Notes under the pieces: generated by a model
What the model was told of the DNA's origin: nothing
Databases searched by the model: none
Seen by the model: the letters and a program-made list of their open reading frames with translations, nothing else
Shown here: positions 40,101 to 48,689 of the stretch, piece by piece
Layout of the letters: each line of letters begins with the position of its first letter
Numbering within the stretch: the stretch's first letter is position 1
Made by a program: the position numbers and the translations under genes
DNA from: Ostreococcus lucimarinus
Taxonomy: Eukaryota
Length of the DNA stretch: 64,000 nucleotides
Assembly (NCBI GenBank): GCA_000092065.1
Contig: CP000592.1
Direction: 5' to 3' (one strand)

Positions 40101-40843
40101 AACTGTCGCACCGGTGAACGCGCTTCTTTCGACCGTTTCGTCGCGGTAACCACGCGCGGATTCACGCTTTCGTATCGACTCGGACTCATCGGCACCTCTT
40201 CCTGCGCGCGTTTCTTCCTCGCAGTCGTCATCGAGTCGCGCGGCCCCGAAGACACCTGGCGACTTTTGCGCTCCACGGCGACGACCAGAGGCGCGCCCCA
40301 CGGATCGATCGAGGCTGTGGCGAACGACTCATTCGAACTGTTCACCGCGCTTGATTCACCCTCACGCATGCCCTTCTCGTTTGTCCTCGCCTTTAACGGC
40401 TTATTCGTCGCGCGCGCGTTGATTTTCTCCACCTCCTCGTGCACGACGACCTTCCCCGGCGGCGTCGTCGCCGCGCTCGCGGATTTTTTCGCCATCGCCG
40501 TCAACGACGCGTTCTCTGCCTCGGCTTTGAATTTCACGTTCCCTCGCGTCGTCCGTCGCGTCGTCGTTAACGTCATCGCTTCTTCCTCTCCCTCACTGCA
40601 CGTTCCCGCCGCGTCTTCCTCCGACGCGCTCGCGTCGTTTCGCCGCGTTCGCGCGTTCGCGCGCTTCGTCGTCCCCAATTTCCGTCTCCGTCGCGTCGTG
40701 AGCGGTGAGTCCCGCATCCCGTCGCCATCGTCGTCACCATCGCCTAACGCCCGTCCGCGCGTCGTCTGCACCGCCTCCGTCGTCATTCGCATCGACGCCC
40801 ACGGGTCATCTCTCGCCGCGCCGTTTCGTTGAAACGTCTCCAT
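37184..40843 (-). CDS. Large conserved hypothetical protein (about 1200 aa), possibly Munc13-homology (MUN/DUF810)-like
   Basis: A 1498-aa ORF; the first ~280 codons are low-complexity spacer, so the start is trimmed to Met40843, which remains uncertain. The C-terminal ~900 aa have real protein-like composition with long predicted helical segments. The MUN assignment is a weak guess. Confidence 0.45.
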   Translation of the reverse strand: METFQRNGAARDDPWASMRMTTEAVQTTRGRALGDGDDDGDGMRDSPLTTRRRRKLGTTKRANARTRRNDASASEEDAAGTCSEGEEEAMTLTTTRRTTRGNVKFKAEAENASLTAMAKKSASAATTPPGKVVVHEEVEKINARATNKPLKARTNEKGMREGESSAVNSSNESFATASIDPWGAPLVVAVERKSRQVSSGPRDSMTTARKKRAQEEVPMSPSRYESVNPRVVTATKRSKEARSPVRQLTAANVAFGSPTAILSATNGPLRADTDEGRAYVCPGPELPPKGECYLGMWRGEERARLLAYEACVQSCLEGSLGSFTAQRRFDMDTCLFFLNERCAELRRAFGLDNVLVGVHSDEGRSPEPKTRVTPEKMRRAESTRGVGPGAGGVRWAAITIAVMDVEIIDRGLKKFTKGWDPREHGWQRPTEARGQHMIVRTEGGPGSAEVCAEIAVKQPAVRLALGPGDKEFIIEVPLKSDGSKVATAQIALDQLCKRAEAGVVELPLELEVEMPATEQAAAYTHKYEKGTVSLSAVFEAAVGAGLMSAPPGAGTAPDRSMQGWAEASHVLTPQAAYDFALGAALRALGFTRRRLTIHGQWQTLLDELAKGHGVSETYTSLRYIQHLLAVATPTADCLSLIRDHLKLALRRQADGSLGSTEGQMLNGIRSAVMTLVCVCLANYKSLDESEFRGITESIPPIVPAPALDVSLELFKALQRDPSSSGALEILTENITSAARACFKKNKAVLVNEKRKLAVNNKDLVTQLYVAIGELCVALKNELETDRVIQSASEFPGGFSLPALSADMYCTEVAATFKDALDACPPSGPPSTDVLDCIERSCNLQASASIEEKDGQRMGAPKLDTRKIFQPHIDGWITAAQRRLEVRCVAVLTTKGIVGPAIEEAYIAMNDALHGFERIVTRWPDQALALERVLVSAERLLIKQIAESVEHLHVGIANKEDGDGKSSKPTLRAKGNWMNKFGSMKDGVASVAKRTQQVSQQVSKRLSRGDAAHNGIPPALAAALNALKSMEIRRADEEKVGQRLMTWAVNGGSAGADELGHGLTETLGELRAHYNGYLRRAVHGVYSCGPSLREKLCKAKPKQEVEPVVAPVLAYIDGIKVSLDKKLPQRRAMVGVLRGLWDSIGAECLAFYEEDLRTNSTWHKRVLASAAVDIVSDKIQDIIREFLVHDVQDKDVEPPSSVAKLQAFSSSNTRDSVQLY

Positions 40844-41339
40844 TCGTTCGTTCGTCGTTCGTTCGTTCGCGCGTTCGGCGTTCGTCGTTCGTTCGCGCGA
40901 CGACGCGTCGTCGACGCGCGTCGACGACGGTCGACGACGGACTCCCTCGGTCGGCTCGAGCGCCGCGATCGGTGCGTTCGAGTGTGCGGCGCGCGCGTCG
41001 GTCGCGCATCGCGGCATCTGCGCATTTCGACGGTTTTGTTCCCCTCGCGCGCGCGTCCGTCGGCGCGCGCCGTCGACGTCGTCGGTCGGTCGCCGCGTCC
41101 GCGCGCGATGGGGCGTCGCGACGCCAGCGCGGCGCGCGATGGGGCGTCGAGACGGTGCGGCGTCGACGTCCGCGTCGACGTCCGCGCCGTCGTCCGCGTC
41201 GACGCGCGCGTCGACGCGCGCGACGGCGTCGCGCGTCGCGAACGCGAATCGCCGCCGCCGAGGGTTGGCGCGCGGCGACGACGCGACGGATGGCGCGCGG
41301 TGCGACGCGCGCGGAAGCGCGAAGGGCGCGGTGACGCCG

Positions 41340-43181
41340 ATGCGCGCGCGCGTGACGCGGGCGATCGCGATGATCGGCGAAAGACTCGGAACGACGACGA
41401 CGACGACGACGACGAAGGCGGAGACGACGCGGACGACGCCGCGGCGGGTGGTGTACGACGACGACGGAAACGTGTTGAGCGATTTCGTCGGGCAGACGAC
41501 GTGTGCGATCGAATCAGACGGTGAGAGTGGGATGACGCGCGTGAAGCTGACGACGTACGATCGCGTGGGATTGATGGCGGATTTAGGAAACGCGTTCAAC
41601 TCGATGGCGCTGAGCATTCGGAGCGCGCACTTGACTTCGACGAACGAGGGGCTGGTGGAGTGTACGTTCGTCGCGTCCACGTTTGCGCTTCGAGCGATGG
41701 CGGCGAATGATTACGAAGAGTTGAAAACGCGCTTGGTGACGAGCGCGTTGCGTCGAGGCAAGTCGCCGAAGTGGATCGAACGTCAGGCGCGCCTGAAGCA
41801 ACTCTTCAAGCGCATCGACACCTTGGACAGCGGATACATTTCGCAGCGCGAGGTGGACACGTACGCGAAATCTTTGAAGATGCCGGCATCGTTCGTGCAC
41901 GACTTTGTGGCCGAAGGGGATTCGAACGGGAACGGGTGGATGAACTTTGAAGAGTTTGCCGCGTACGCGCGCTCCAAAGATATCGCTTTGCGCGACGCGT
42001 TTGACTCGTTGGAACCGGACGATAAGGGCGTCATCACGGGAAAACAACTCAAGAGCGGCTTGCGTGATTTAGAGTTGCGCTCGGGGCGATATAACACGCG
42101 TAAAAAACTGCGACAGAAAAATTTAGACGCCGTGCTGCAGTCCGTGTCGGATAACGCTTTGCTCAACGCGGATGATTTCCGCGATTTGCTCGTCTTCATG
42201 CCCGTGGACGCGTTTAGAACGGTGCAGCCGTACTACATGAAGGTTGGTTTAGATATTGGACCTCGCCGTCTCGCGATTCCAGACAAACGTAAAGACGGTT
42301 CACCGTGGGGGCACTTTGTCGCCGGCGGCGTCGCCGGCATCGTCGCCAAGACGATGTCGTCGCCGCTCAACGTCGTCGCGATTCGCACCACCGTGGGTGG
42401 CGACGGCACCGTCGGATTATCGCGAATGTTTCAAAAGATCATGCGCGAGGAAGGAACCAAGGGATTCTTCAAGGGCAATTTAGCGAATTCGGTCTCGAGC
42501 GCGCCTGGCAAGGCGTTTGACTTTTTCGCGTACTCGACGTACAAGAATATGCTCACTCGAGGCGAGCCGCGCGAGCCGACGAATGTTGAACGGCTCTTGG
42601 CGGGCTCGCTCGCTGGTATGACGTCGGACACACTGCTATACCCACTCGAAGTCATCTCCACGAGACTGTCGATCAACACAAAGGCGTACGCGAATTCGCT
42701 CGCCGCCGCCGCCGCGGTGGTTCGTCAGACTGGATTGCGAGGGTTGTACTCTGGCTGGGGGTGTGCGATGCTCGGAACGATTCCTTACACCGGTTTGAGT
42801 TTCGGCACGTACGACATTCTTTCATCAGCGTACAAAAGGGCGACGAAGCAAGAATCCGCGGGCGCCTTACCGACGCTGCTGTGCGGAGTGACTTCGGGGT
42901 TCATCGCGTCCACGGCGTCCTATCCGATTTATCGCGTCACGGTGAGAATGCAAACTGGCCTCGCGCCGAGCTCGTCCATCGCCAATTGCTTGAAGCTCAC
43001 GCTGAAGGAAGGAGGTGCCAAGGCGTTGTTCCGCGGTTGGGTACCGAGCTCGTTGAAAATCGTGCCTCAGGCGGGATTCTCTTTCCTGACGTACGAGCTC
43101 GTGCGCACGCTTTTGAAGGAGAAGGAAGAAAAAGATCGCGCCGCCGCGAGCGCCGCGAAGCAGTCGCCGGGGAAAAGTTGA
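41340..43181 (+). CDS. Calcium-binding mitochondrial carrier (SCaMC/APC-like): ACT-like N-domain, EF-hands, then three mitochondrial-carrier repeats
   Basis: EF-hand loops (DTLDSGYISQREV, DSNGNGWMNFEEF, DDKGVITGKQL). Carrier signatures PLNVVAIRTTV, PLEVISTRLS and PIYRVTVRMQ. An ACT-like fold lies upstream (MTRVKLTTYDRVGLMADLGNAFNSMALSIRSAHL). Start is Met41340 or the ORF start at 41139. Confidence 0.8.
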   Translation: MRARVTRAIAMIGERLGTTTTTTTTKAETTRTTPRRVVYDDDGNVLSDFVGQTTCAIESDGESGMTRVKLTTYDRVGLMADLGNAFNSMALSIRSAHLTSTNEGLVECTFVASTFALRAMAANDYEELKTRLVTSALRRGKSPKWIERQARLKQLFKRIDTLDSGYISQREVDTYAKSLKMPASFVHDFVAEGDSNGNGWMNFEEFAAYARSKDIALRDAFDSLEPDDKGVITGKQLKSGLRDLELRSGRYNTRKKLRQKNLDAVLQSVSDNALLNADDFRDLLVFMPVDAFRTVQPYYMKVGLDIGPRRLAIPDKRKDGSPWGHFVAGGVAGIVAKTMSSPLNVVAIRTTVGGDGTVGLSRMFQKIMREEGTKGFFKGNLANSVSSAPGKAFDFFAYSTYKNMLTRGEPREPTNVERLLAGSLAGMTSDTLLYPLEVISTRLSINTKAYANSLAAAAAVVRQTGLRGLYSGWGCAMLGTIPYTGLSFGTYDILSSAYKRATKQESAGALPTLLCGVTSGFIASTASYPIYRVTVRMQTGLAPSSSIANCLKLTLKEGGAKALFRGWVPSSLKIVPQAGFSFLTYELVRTLLKEKEEKDRAAASAAKQSPGKS

Positions 43182-43245
43182 GCTCGGACAAGAGGAGGTG
43201 TTGTAATTGCATGGTACTATTAATGAGTAGAGCCCTACACGGCGC

Positions 43246-44337
43246 TTACATTTTCTTCGACCCGCACACGGTGCGGTGACGCGGATCCGTTTGTTCTTGA
43301 TGCACGTTTTCGAAACCGGCGTTTGTCAACATTTGCTGCACGTCGATGGTGTAATATTCGTTCGAGTGCGGCTCCGTAGACTTCATGAGCGTGAACAACG
43401 CCGGTGGAAGCTTTTGAATTACCGGACTCTGCGGGTTGTTATCCGTCATCACAAACGTACCGCCCGGTTTCAACACGCGATGCGCCTCCTTCATGAGCGC
43501 CGCCGTCGCGTTCTCGGGACACTCGTGAATCACAAAGGCGAGCGAAACGATGTCAAATGTCGCATCGGAGTACTTGGTGTCTTCGCCTTTACCGTGAACC
43601 CACGTGCGTCGCTCGCTTCCTTCCACGCCTTGATCACTCACGCTCGCCACGGCGAGCATGTACGGCGACAAATCGAGTCCCACGATTTCGGCTTGCGGAA
43701 ACGCCTCGCTCAAGTAGCGCGTCGACATCCCCACCGAACACCCAACGTCGAGAATTTTCTTCGGCTCGACGTCAGTGGCCTCGTTATACTTTTCTCGATG
43801 CGCGCGCACGGTGTCGGTGTACGAGTCTCTCAACCTTTGCTGCGCCGTCTCCGCCGTGATTCTATCCTTGGGCCAAACGCGGAGCGCCATGGAATACGTC
43901 GCGCTTCTCGCCTCCGTAGCGGCGAGCCAGCATAAATTCCCTTCGCTGTACGCGTGAAACGGTTTCAAGTAATACTCCGGGTATTCGATCGAATCGTCCT
44001 TGATCGCCTCGAACGCTTCGTACACCCTCGAGTCGCCCTCCAGGCGCTTCGCCTCGTCGCGCCACTGAATGCCATTCTTCTCCGCCGTCTGAATCAGCGT
44101 CCTTCGTGCCATCGGTTTCATGATGTTTTCGTACAGCAACTCGTTGGAGATCGCGGCGTCGACGAGCTTGGACAGCGCGTCGTCACCGGCCCAATCCGGT
44201 TTCGCCTTCTCGCTCGTCGCGCGCGCGACGGCGCGATGACGCGAACGATATCCACTTCTCGTCGACCTCGTGCGGGACGACGACGACGCGCTCGAGGGTG
44301 ACGCGCGGGCGCTCGCGCGCGATGCGACTGACAACAT
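43246..44337 (-). CDS. Class I SAM-dependent methyltransferase with Ser-rich presequence (plastid-type)
   Basis: Motif I ILDVGCSVGMSTRYL, motif post-I VGLDLSPYML, motif II/III FDIVSLAFVIHEC...VLKPGGTFVM. Resembles plant plastoglobule-type methyltransferases. Confidence 0.75.
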   Translation of the reverse strand: MLSVASRASARASPSSASSSSRTRSTRSGYRSRHRAVARATSEKAKPDWAGDDALSKLVDAAISNELLYENIMKPMARRTLIQTAEKNGIQWRDEAKRLEGDSRVYEAFEAIKDDSIEYPEYYLKPFHAYSEGNLCWLAATEARSATYSMALRVWPKDRITAETAQQRLRDSYTDTVRAHREKYNEATDVEPKKILDVGCSVGMSTRYLSEAFPQAEIVGLDLSPYMLAVASVSDQGVEGSERRTWVHGKGEDTKYSDATFDIVSLAFVIHECPENATAALMKEAHRVLKPGGTFVMTDNNPQSPVIQKLPPALFTLMKSTEPHSNEYYTIDVQQMLTNAGFENVHQEQTDPRHRTVCGSKKM

Positions 44338-44502
44338 ACTCGCGAGAGCGACGGTGGCGGTGCGAACGTCCGCGGCGCGCGTCGTCGAGTGGCGGCGTAG
44401 GTTTTGTCCAACGCGCGATGGCGCGCCTCTACGTTGAAGTTTAAGCGGTACAATGTTCCGATGTTTACACTAAAACTCAAGCTCTAAGTAAATTTAGATG
44501 CC

Positions 44503-45600
44503 TCACAGCGGCTTGACAAGGAGCGTGTTCGGTGCTTTCATCGACATCGCGAGCCCCCCTCTGCGGTAATCGGCGACGAGCGATCTGAAAGCTCGCTGTG
44601 TGGCGTCGATCGTTGCGCGCTCGAGGCGAAAACAGTTTGCTTGCGTGAAGACGTCGATTTTCATTTCCGTGAATTCGCCGGTATCGTTCAACGTGGGAAA
44701 GTACGCGTATCGCAAATCGGCGTTGTATGTTTTCGATGGAAAGCCTGCGTGATCGCCTATGCCTTCGTAATCGTTGAGAAGTTCTCCGCACCCAAAGAGT
44801 ATGAGTCGACGTTTGTAGAGCTCGGCGCTACGCGCGTGATGGCTCGAGTGTCCATGTACGAAGTGCGCACCAGCGTCAATCAGTCGGCGACAGACCATTC
44901 GCGTCTCCGGCTCAATCGAATACCCCCAATTGCCGCCGGCGTGCAGCGAGACGATTTTGATCGGCACGTCTGTGCGTTCGATTTCACGAGCGACTCGATT
45001 CAAGTCGTGTTCGTCTAGAATGAGAGCCAAACCCGCGGCGTTCCTTCGAGCCTGCCACGAAACCGGTACTCCTGAGTTTTCAAGACACAATCCAAATACC
45101 GCGGTGTCGGCAACAATCTTCGGTTCGAACGCCTGAAGGTCGTTTCGTCCTGCGCCCACTCGAGACGCTGAATCAATCGCGTCGAGTGTATCGATCAGTC
45201 CTTTGATGCCAAAGTCCAGTGTGTGATTGTTTGCCAGCGTCAGCACATCGACGCGCAAAGTTGCCAAGACATCGAGACAGTTTTCCTTCGACGCGCGATA
45301 ACACACTCCTTTACGCGGCCAAAACTCATCGTTCGTTGTCACTGACGTTTCCAAGTTTACGACGCTTAAGTCGATGGGCTCTCGCGAACGAAGAGCAGGA
45401 AGCAGGTCGCCGAGCAGTTCCTTCGCCGTCCAGGTTGGTTTACGCTGTATCGCGCACTTCTTCATCGCGAGGCGTACGTAGTCGTTGGCGTGCGTACAAC
45501 AAGATTCGCGTAGCGAGGCGTTTCGCAGCGGATTCGGAAGAACTTGATCCACGCCGCGCGCTAGCATGAGATCCCCGGCGAAAAAGAATTGCTTGGTCAT
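44503..45600 (-). CDS. CapA / PGA_cap family protein (bacterial poly-gamma-glutamate capsule-synthesis-type metallophosphatase)
   Basis: Typical CapA start FFFAGDLMLARG, and metallophosphatase blocks VNLETSV, LANNHTLDFG, VSLHAGGNWG and GHSSHH, with collinearity across about 350 aa. Lower GC than neighbours. Confidence 0.75.
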   Translation of the reverse strand: MTKQFFFAGDLMLARGVDQVLPNPLRNASLRESCCTHANDYVRLAMKKCAIQRKPTWTAKELLGDLLPALRSREPIDLSVVNLETSVTTNDEFWPRKGVCYRASKENCLDVLATLRVDVLTLANNHTLDFGIKGLIDTLDAIDSASRVGAGRNDLQAFEPKIVADTAVFGLCLENSGVPVSWQARRNAAGLALILDEHDLNRVAREIERTDVPIKIVSLHAGGNWGYSIEPETRMVCRRLIDAGAHFVHGHSSHHARSAELYKRRLILFGCGELLNDYEGIGDHAGFPSKTYNADLRYAYFPTLNDTGEFTEMKIDVFTQANCFRLERATIDATQRAFRSLVADYRRGGLAMSMKAPNTLLVKPL

Positions 45601-45670
45601 ACGTCGCGTTCTGAAGCATCGGCTGTTCTCTTAATACATGTCTCTGCGAACGACGCGAACTCACGCGAAA

Positions 45671-48514
45671 TCACGATTCGCCCGCAAACATGTTGAAGGC
45701 TCCTTTTGACAGCAGGTCGCTCTTGTAAGCCCCTTGCGCCAACACCTTCTTCGGTTTTCCGCTCGCCGTGTACTTTTTGAGCCACTGAGGAACTGAATCG
45801 ACGACTATCAAAACGTCCGTATACCCCGCCGACAGCGCGTGCTGCGCGGCGATCTCCGAGCGCTCGTCCGGCGACTCGTCGCCGACGAAAATCAGCGACT
45901 GTGCCTTATCGGCTGCGATGGATGCCAAAGCTTGCGCGAACGCGTCTTTGCCGACAATCGCGTACGTCGGCGAGAGCTTTGATCCTTCCGCTCGACGTAA
46001 AGGGACGTTAATGACGCCGTTGACCGATTCCATATTGAAAGCGTATGGGTTACGCACGTCGATCACCATCGATGATTTGGAAAGTAAACGCTGCACGGCG
46101 TCGTCGACGGAAATTGCCGTCAACGCGATGGCGCCTGAATCGCTCATCGGCGCCGAGAGCAACCAAATCTGATTCGTGACATCATACGCCGATGGATCCG
46201 CCCACTGACTCTTCTCGCTTTCGACGTTGTAAAAGTAAAGCCGATCGAACCTATCAAACGCCACTTTCCACGCGCTATTCGCGTTTGAATTCACCAGATG
46301 CTCCTCGAGTGCTTTCAAGTGGGCAATTTGCGCCGCTTTTCGCTCTTCCGCAAGACCTCCAACGACGGGAAGCTCGGCACCGACGCACGACGTACCAGAT
46401 GCACCGACCACCACGTCCAATTTCCATTCTTGTAAACGCTTTTTGCCGCCAGGTGTATACTCCTTCACCCAGCCATCGTACCCCCCATCGACAACAACGA
46501 CGTTTTCGTACCCGCGATCGATCAGCGCGTCCATGCAGCCGCACCGTTCGGGGTCATCCAACCCATTCGCTTCAATTTGACGCCCCCCGAGAAGCACTAC
46601 TGCAGCGTCTTTGTTTGGAAACTTTGAGGTGAAAACTTCAAGGAACTCTTGCGCATTTGTCGTGTACGTGTACGCAAGTGGTTTTCCTTCGATATTTACG
46701 AGAGGAATGTTCAAAGCGCCCGAAATGCTCTCGCGCCGAAACGATTTGACGTCACGAACGTCGATGACCGAGCACACGCCGGCTTTGAACGCGTCGAAAG
46801 CTTCTTCCACCGAAACCGTCATCCAGCGCTTGGACGATGGAGACTCTGGAATCGATTTTGACTGGATGCCTTCACTAGTCACCGTGAGTCGTCTTTCGGT
46901 CGATTCAAGTTCACGCTTCTCTCTGGCGCGCTTCATCGTCGCTTCGAGAAGCAATCTCCGCGCCTCTATGCTCTCTGGGCTCGCCTTGTTGATACGCATT
47001 TCTGCCGCGCGCGCGCGTCTCACTTCCTCGCGTTTCTTCATCGTCTTGCGCCAGTTATCCTTCGCCTCCATCGCCTCGCGCTCTTCATCCGTCAAGTCTT
47101 CCGGATTCTTTTGCCACTTCATGTACTCGATGGAGAGCTTTTGCGTCATCATGTACTGCTGCTGCTGTGCCAACTCCGTTGCCGCGTCAAACACACTTTG
47201 TGGGGAAATTGAAGCCCCTCGCACGACTTCTTTTGGCGTGTGATAGCGCCAGAGCGAGGAGTCATCGCCGACGTTTCCGAACAAGTCCTCCTCGCCCCCC
47301 AACGACATCTTTCGAATCAAAAACTCGCAACGCTCCCTGACGTCGACCTCGCACATCCAACGTGATACGGCGTCGTCGTATACTTTGGCCCGCGCGGCAC
47401 CAAAAAAGTCTAACGGCTGACCCGGGAACGCATTGACTAGACGCGCTGTGGCGTCTGGAGACCAGTCCACTTCGTCCTTGAAAAGTGCGTGCACGATGTC
47501 ACAGATATCGTCTCGACTAGGATTCCAGTACCACTTATCCATTCTTCCATCGCGCAACAATGGCGCGTAGACCGTTGATAAGTCGTTTCCTGTAACGATG
47601 ATCGGCACGCGCGCAGTTTGCAAATTTTTGCCATCTTCGCCGCGATCTTCGCCAAGACTGACGAGTTCTGGGTGATCACACAAATTCATTAGCGTGCCAC
47701 ACACGGTTTGGTTATTCACCGTGTGCTGCGTGTCCTTGAACCATCCAATACCAGCATCGACGTCGTTGATGATTAAACAGCTCATCACCCCCGTGCGTCG
47801 CAAAATTTCTCCTGCGCGCTTGTATCGCTCGCGAATCAACCGCCCTGGCGCGCCGGCGTTTTCGTCCTCCAACTCACCAGCGCTCGTGATGATCGGCGTC
47901 ACACCCATGGCTTTACACGCAAGTTCCAAATTAAACGATTTCCCGCAACCCTTGCCGCCCCAAACACCCAAAATCAGCGGGGTGTTAGGCGGTTGAACCA
48001 CGACTCCGGCTTCGTTTGTCATCTCTCGCACGTGTCGCAAGCCGCCGCCAAATAAAAAGTTCTTCACCAAGTGCCCGCTCACCTTCTCCATGAAAGCCGG
48101 TGGACAGTGGTAATCGCCGACTAAATTTTTAAACTTTCTAGCCTCTTGATACCGGTACCGAAGCTCGCCGCTCGCGATGTCGGAATCAGCGCCGAGTTGA
48201 AACTCGCCAGTGGCGTTGCGCGTGAAGACGTCGTCCACTACACCTTGTCGGGCGCCGACGTTTGTATTCGTGTTCCCGGTGTCGTTCTTCCCGAGCTCCA
48301 CGAGATAATCGCGCCCAATATTCTTCTGCGTCTTTTCACGCGCCGTCCAAGACGATGGACGGCGCGGACGACCACTCGACGACGTCCCGGAAGATGACGC
48401 CACGAGCGTCGACGAGCGTCGACGACGGACGCTCGACGGACGACAGGGACGACACGAGCGATCGACGTCCGGGGTTGATATCGCTCGTCCCACGGCGCAG
48501 ACTTTGCACGCCAT
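45671..48514 (-). CDS. Rubisco-activase-like AAA+ ATPase fused to rhodanese - WW - rhodanese modules
   Basis: RCA N-domain (CPPAFMEKVSGHLVKNFL). AAA+ core PLILGVWGGKGCGKSFNLELACKAMGV...LIINDVDAG...TVNNQ...VPIIVTGNDLSTVYAPLLRDGRMDKWYW is almost identical to the plant Rca core. Two rhodanese-like domains follow (VIDVRDVKSFRRESI..., MVIDVRNPYAFNMESV...) with a WW motif between them (WKVAFDRFDRLYFYNVESEKSQWADP). ORF runs to 48757; start trimmed to Met48514. Confidence 0.8.
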   Translation of the reverse strand: MACKVCAVGRAISTPDVDRSCRPCRPSSVRRRRSSTLVASSSGTSSSGRPRRPSSWTAREKTQKNIGRDYLVELGKNDTGNTNTNVGARQGVVDDVFTRNATGEFQLGADSDIASGELRYRYQEARKFKNLVGDYHCPPAFMEKVSGHLVKNFLFGGGLRHVREMTNEAGVVVQPPNTPLILGVWGGKGCGKSFNLELACKAMGVTPIITSAGELEDENAGAPGRLIRERYKRAGEILRRTGVMSCLIINDVDAGIGWFKDTQHTVNNQTVCGTLMNLCDHPELVSLGEDRGEDGKNLQTARVPIIVTGNDLSTVYAPLLRDGRMDKWYWNPSRDDICDIVHALFKDEVDWSPDATARLVNAFPGQPLDFFGAARAKVYDDAVSRWMCEVDVRERCEFLIRKMSLGGEEDLFGNVGDDSSLWRYHTPKEVVRGASISPQSVFDAATELAQQQQYMMTQKLSIEYMKWQKNPEDLTDEEREAMEAKDNWRKTMKKREEVRRARAAEMRINKASPESIEARRLLLEATMKRAREKRELESTERRLTVTSEGIQSKSIPESPSSKRWMTVSVEEAFDAFKAGVCSVIDVRDVKSFRRESISGALNIPLVNIEGKPLAYTYTTNAQEFLEVFTSKFPNKDAAVVLLGGRQIEANGLDDPERCGCMDALIDRGYENVVVVDGGYDGWVKEYTPGGKKRLQEWKLDVVVGASGTSCVGAELPVVGGLAEERKAAQIAHLKALEEHLVNSNANSAWKVAFDRFDRLYFYNVESEKSQWADPSAYDVTNQIWLLSAPMSDSGAIALTAISVDDAVQRLLSKSSMVIDVRNPYAFNMESVNGVINVPLRRAEGSKLSPTYAIVGKDAFAQALASIAADKAQSLIFVGDESPDERSEIAAQHALSAGYTDVLIVVDSVPQWLKKYTASGKPKKVLAQGAYKSDLLSKGAFNMFAGES

Positions 48515-48689
48515 CGCGGCCTGCGCGTCGGAGACTGACGCGACGCTTGACGACGCTTTATCCAGAGAGCCAACACCGGGAACGCGGCAGCCAGGCTTTC
48601 GGCGCGTCGGTCGCGCGAGGAGCAGGACTGGAGACGAGGAAGAGGCGACGAGTATACATTTAGCGTTCTTTAATTCGCAGCGTCTACGT

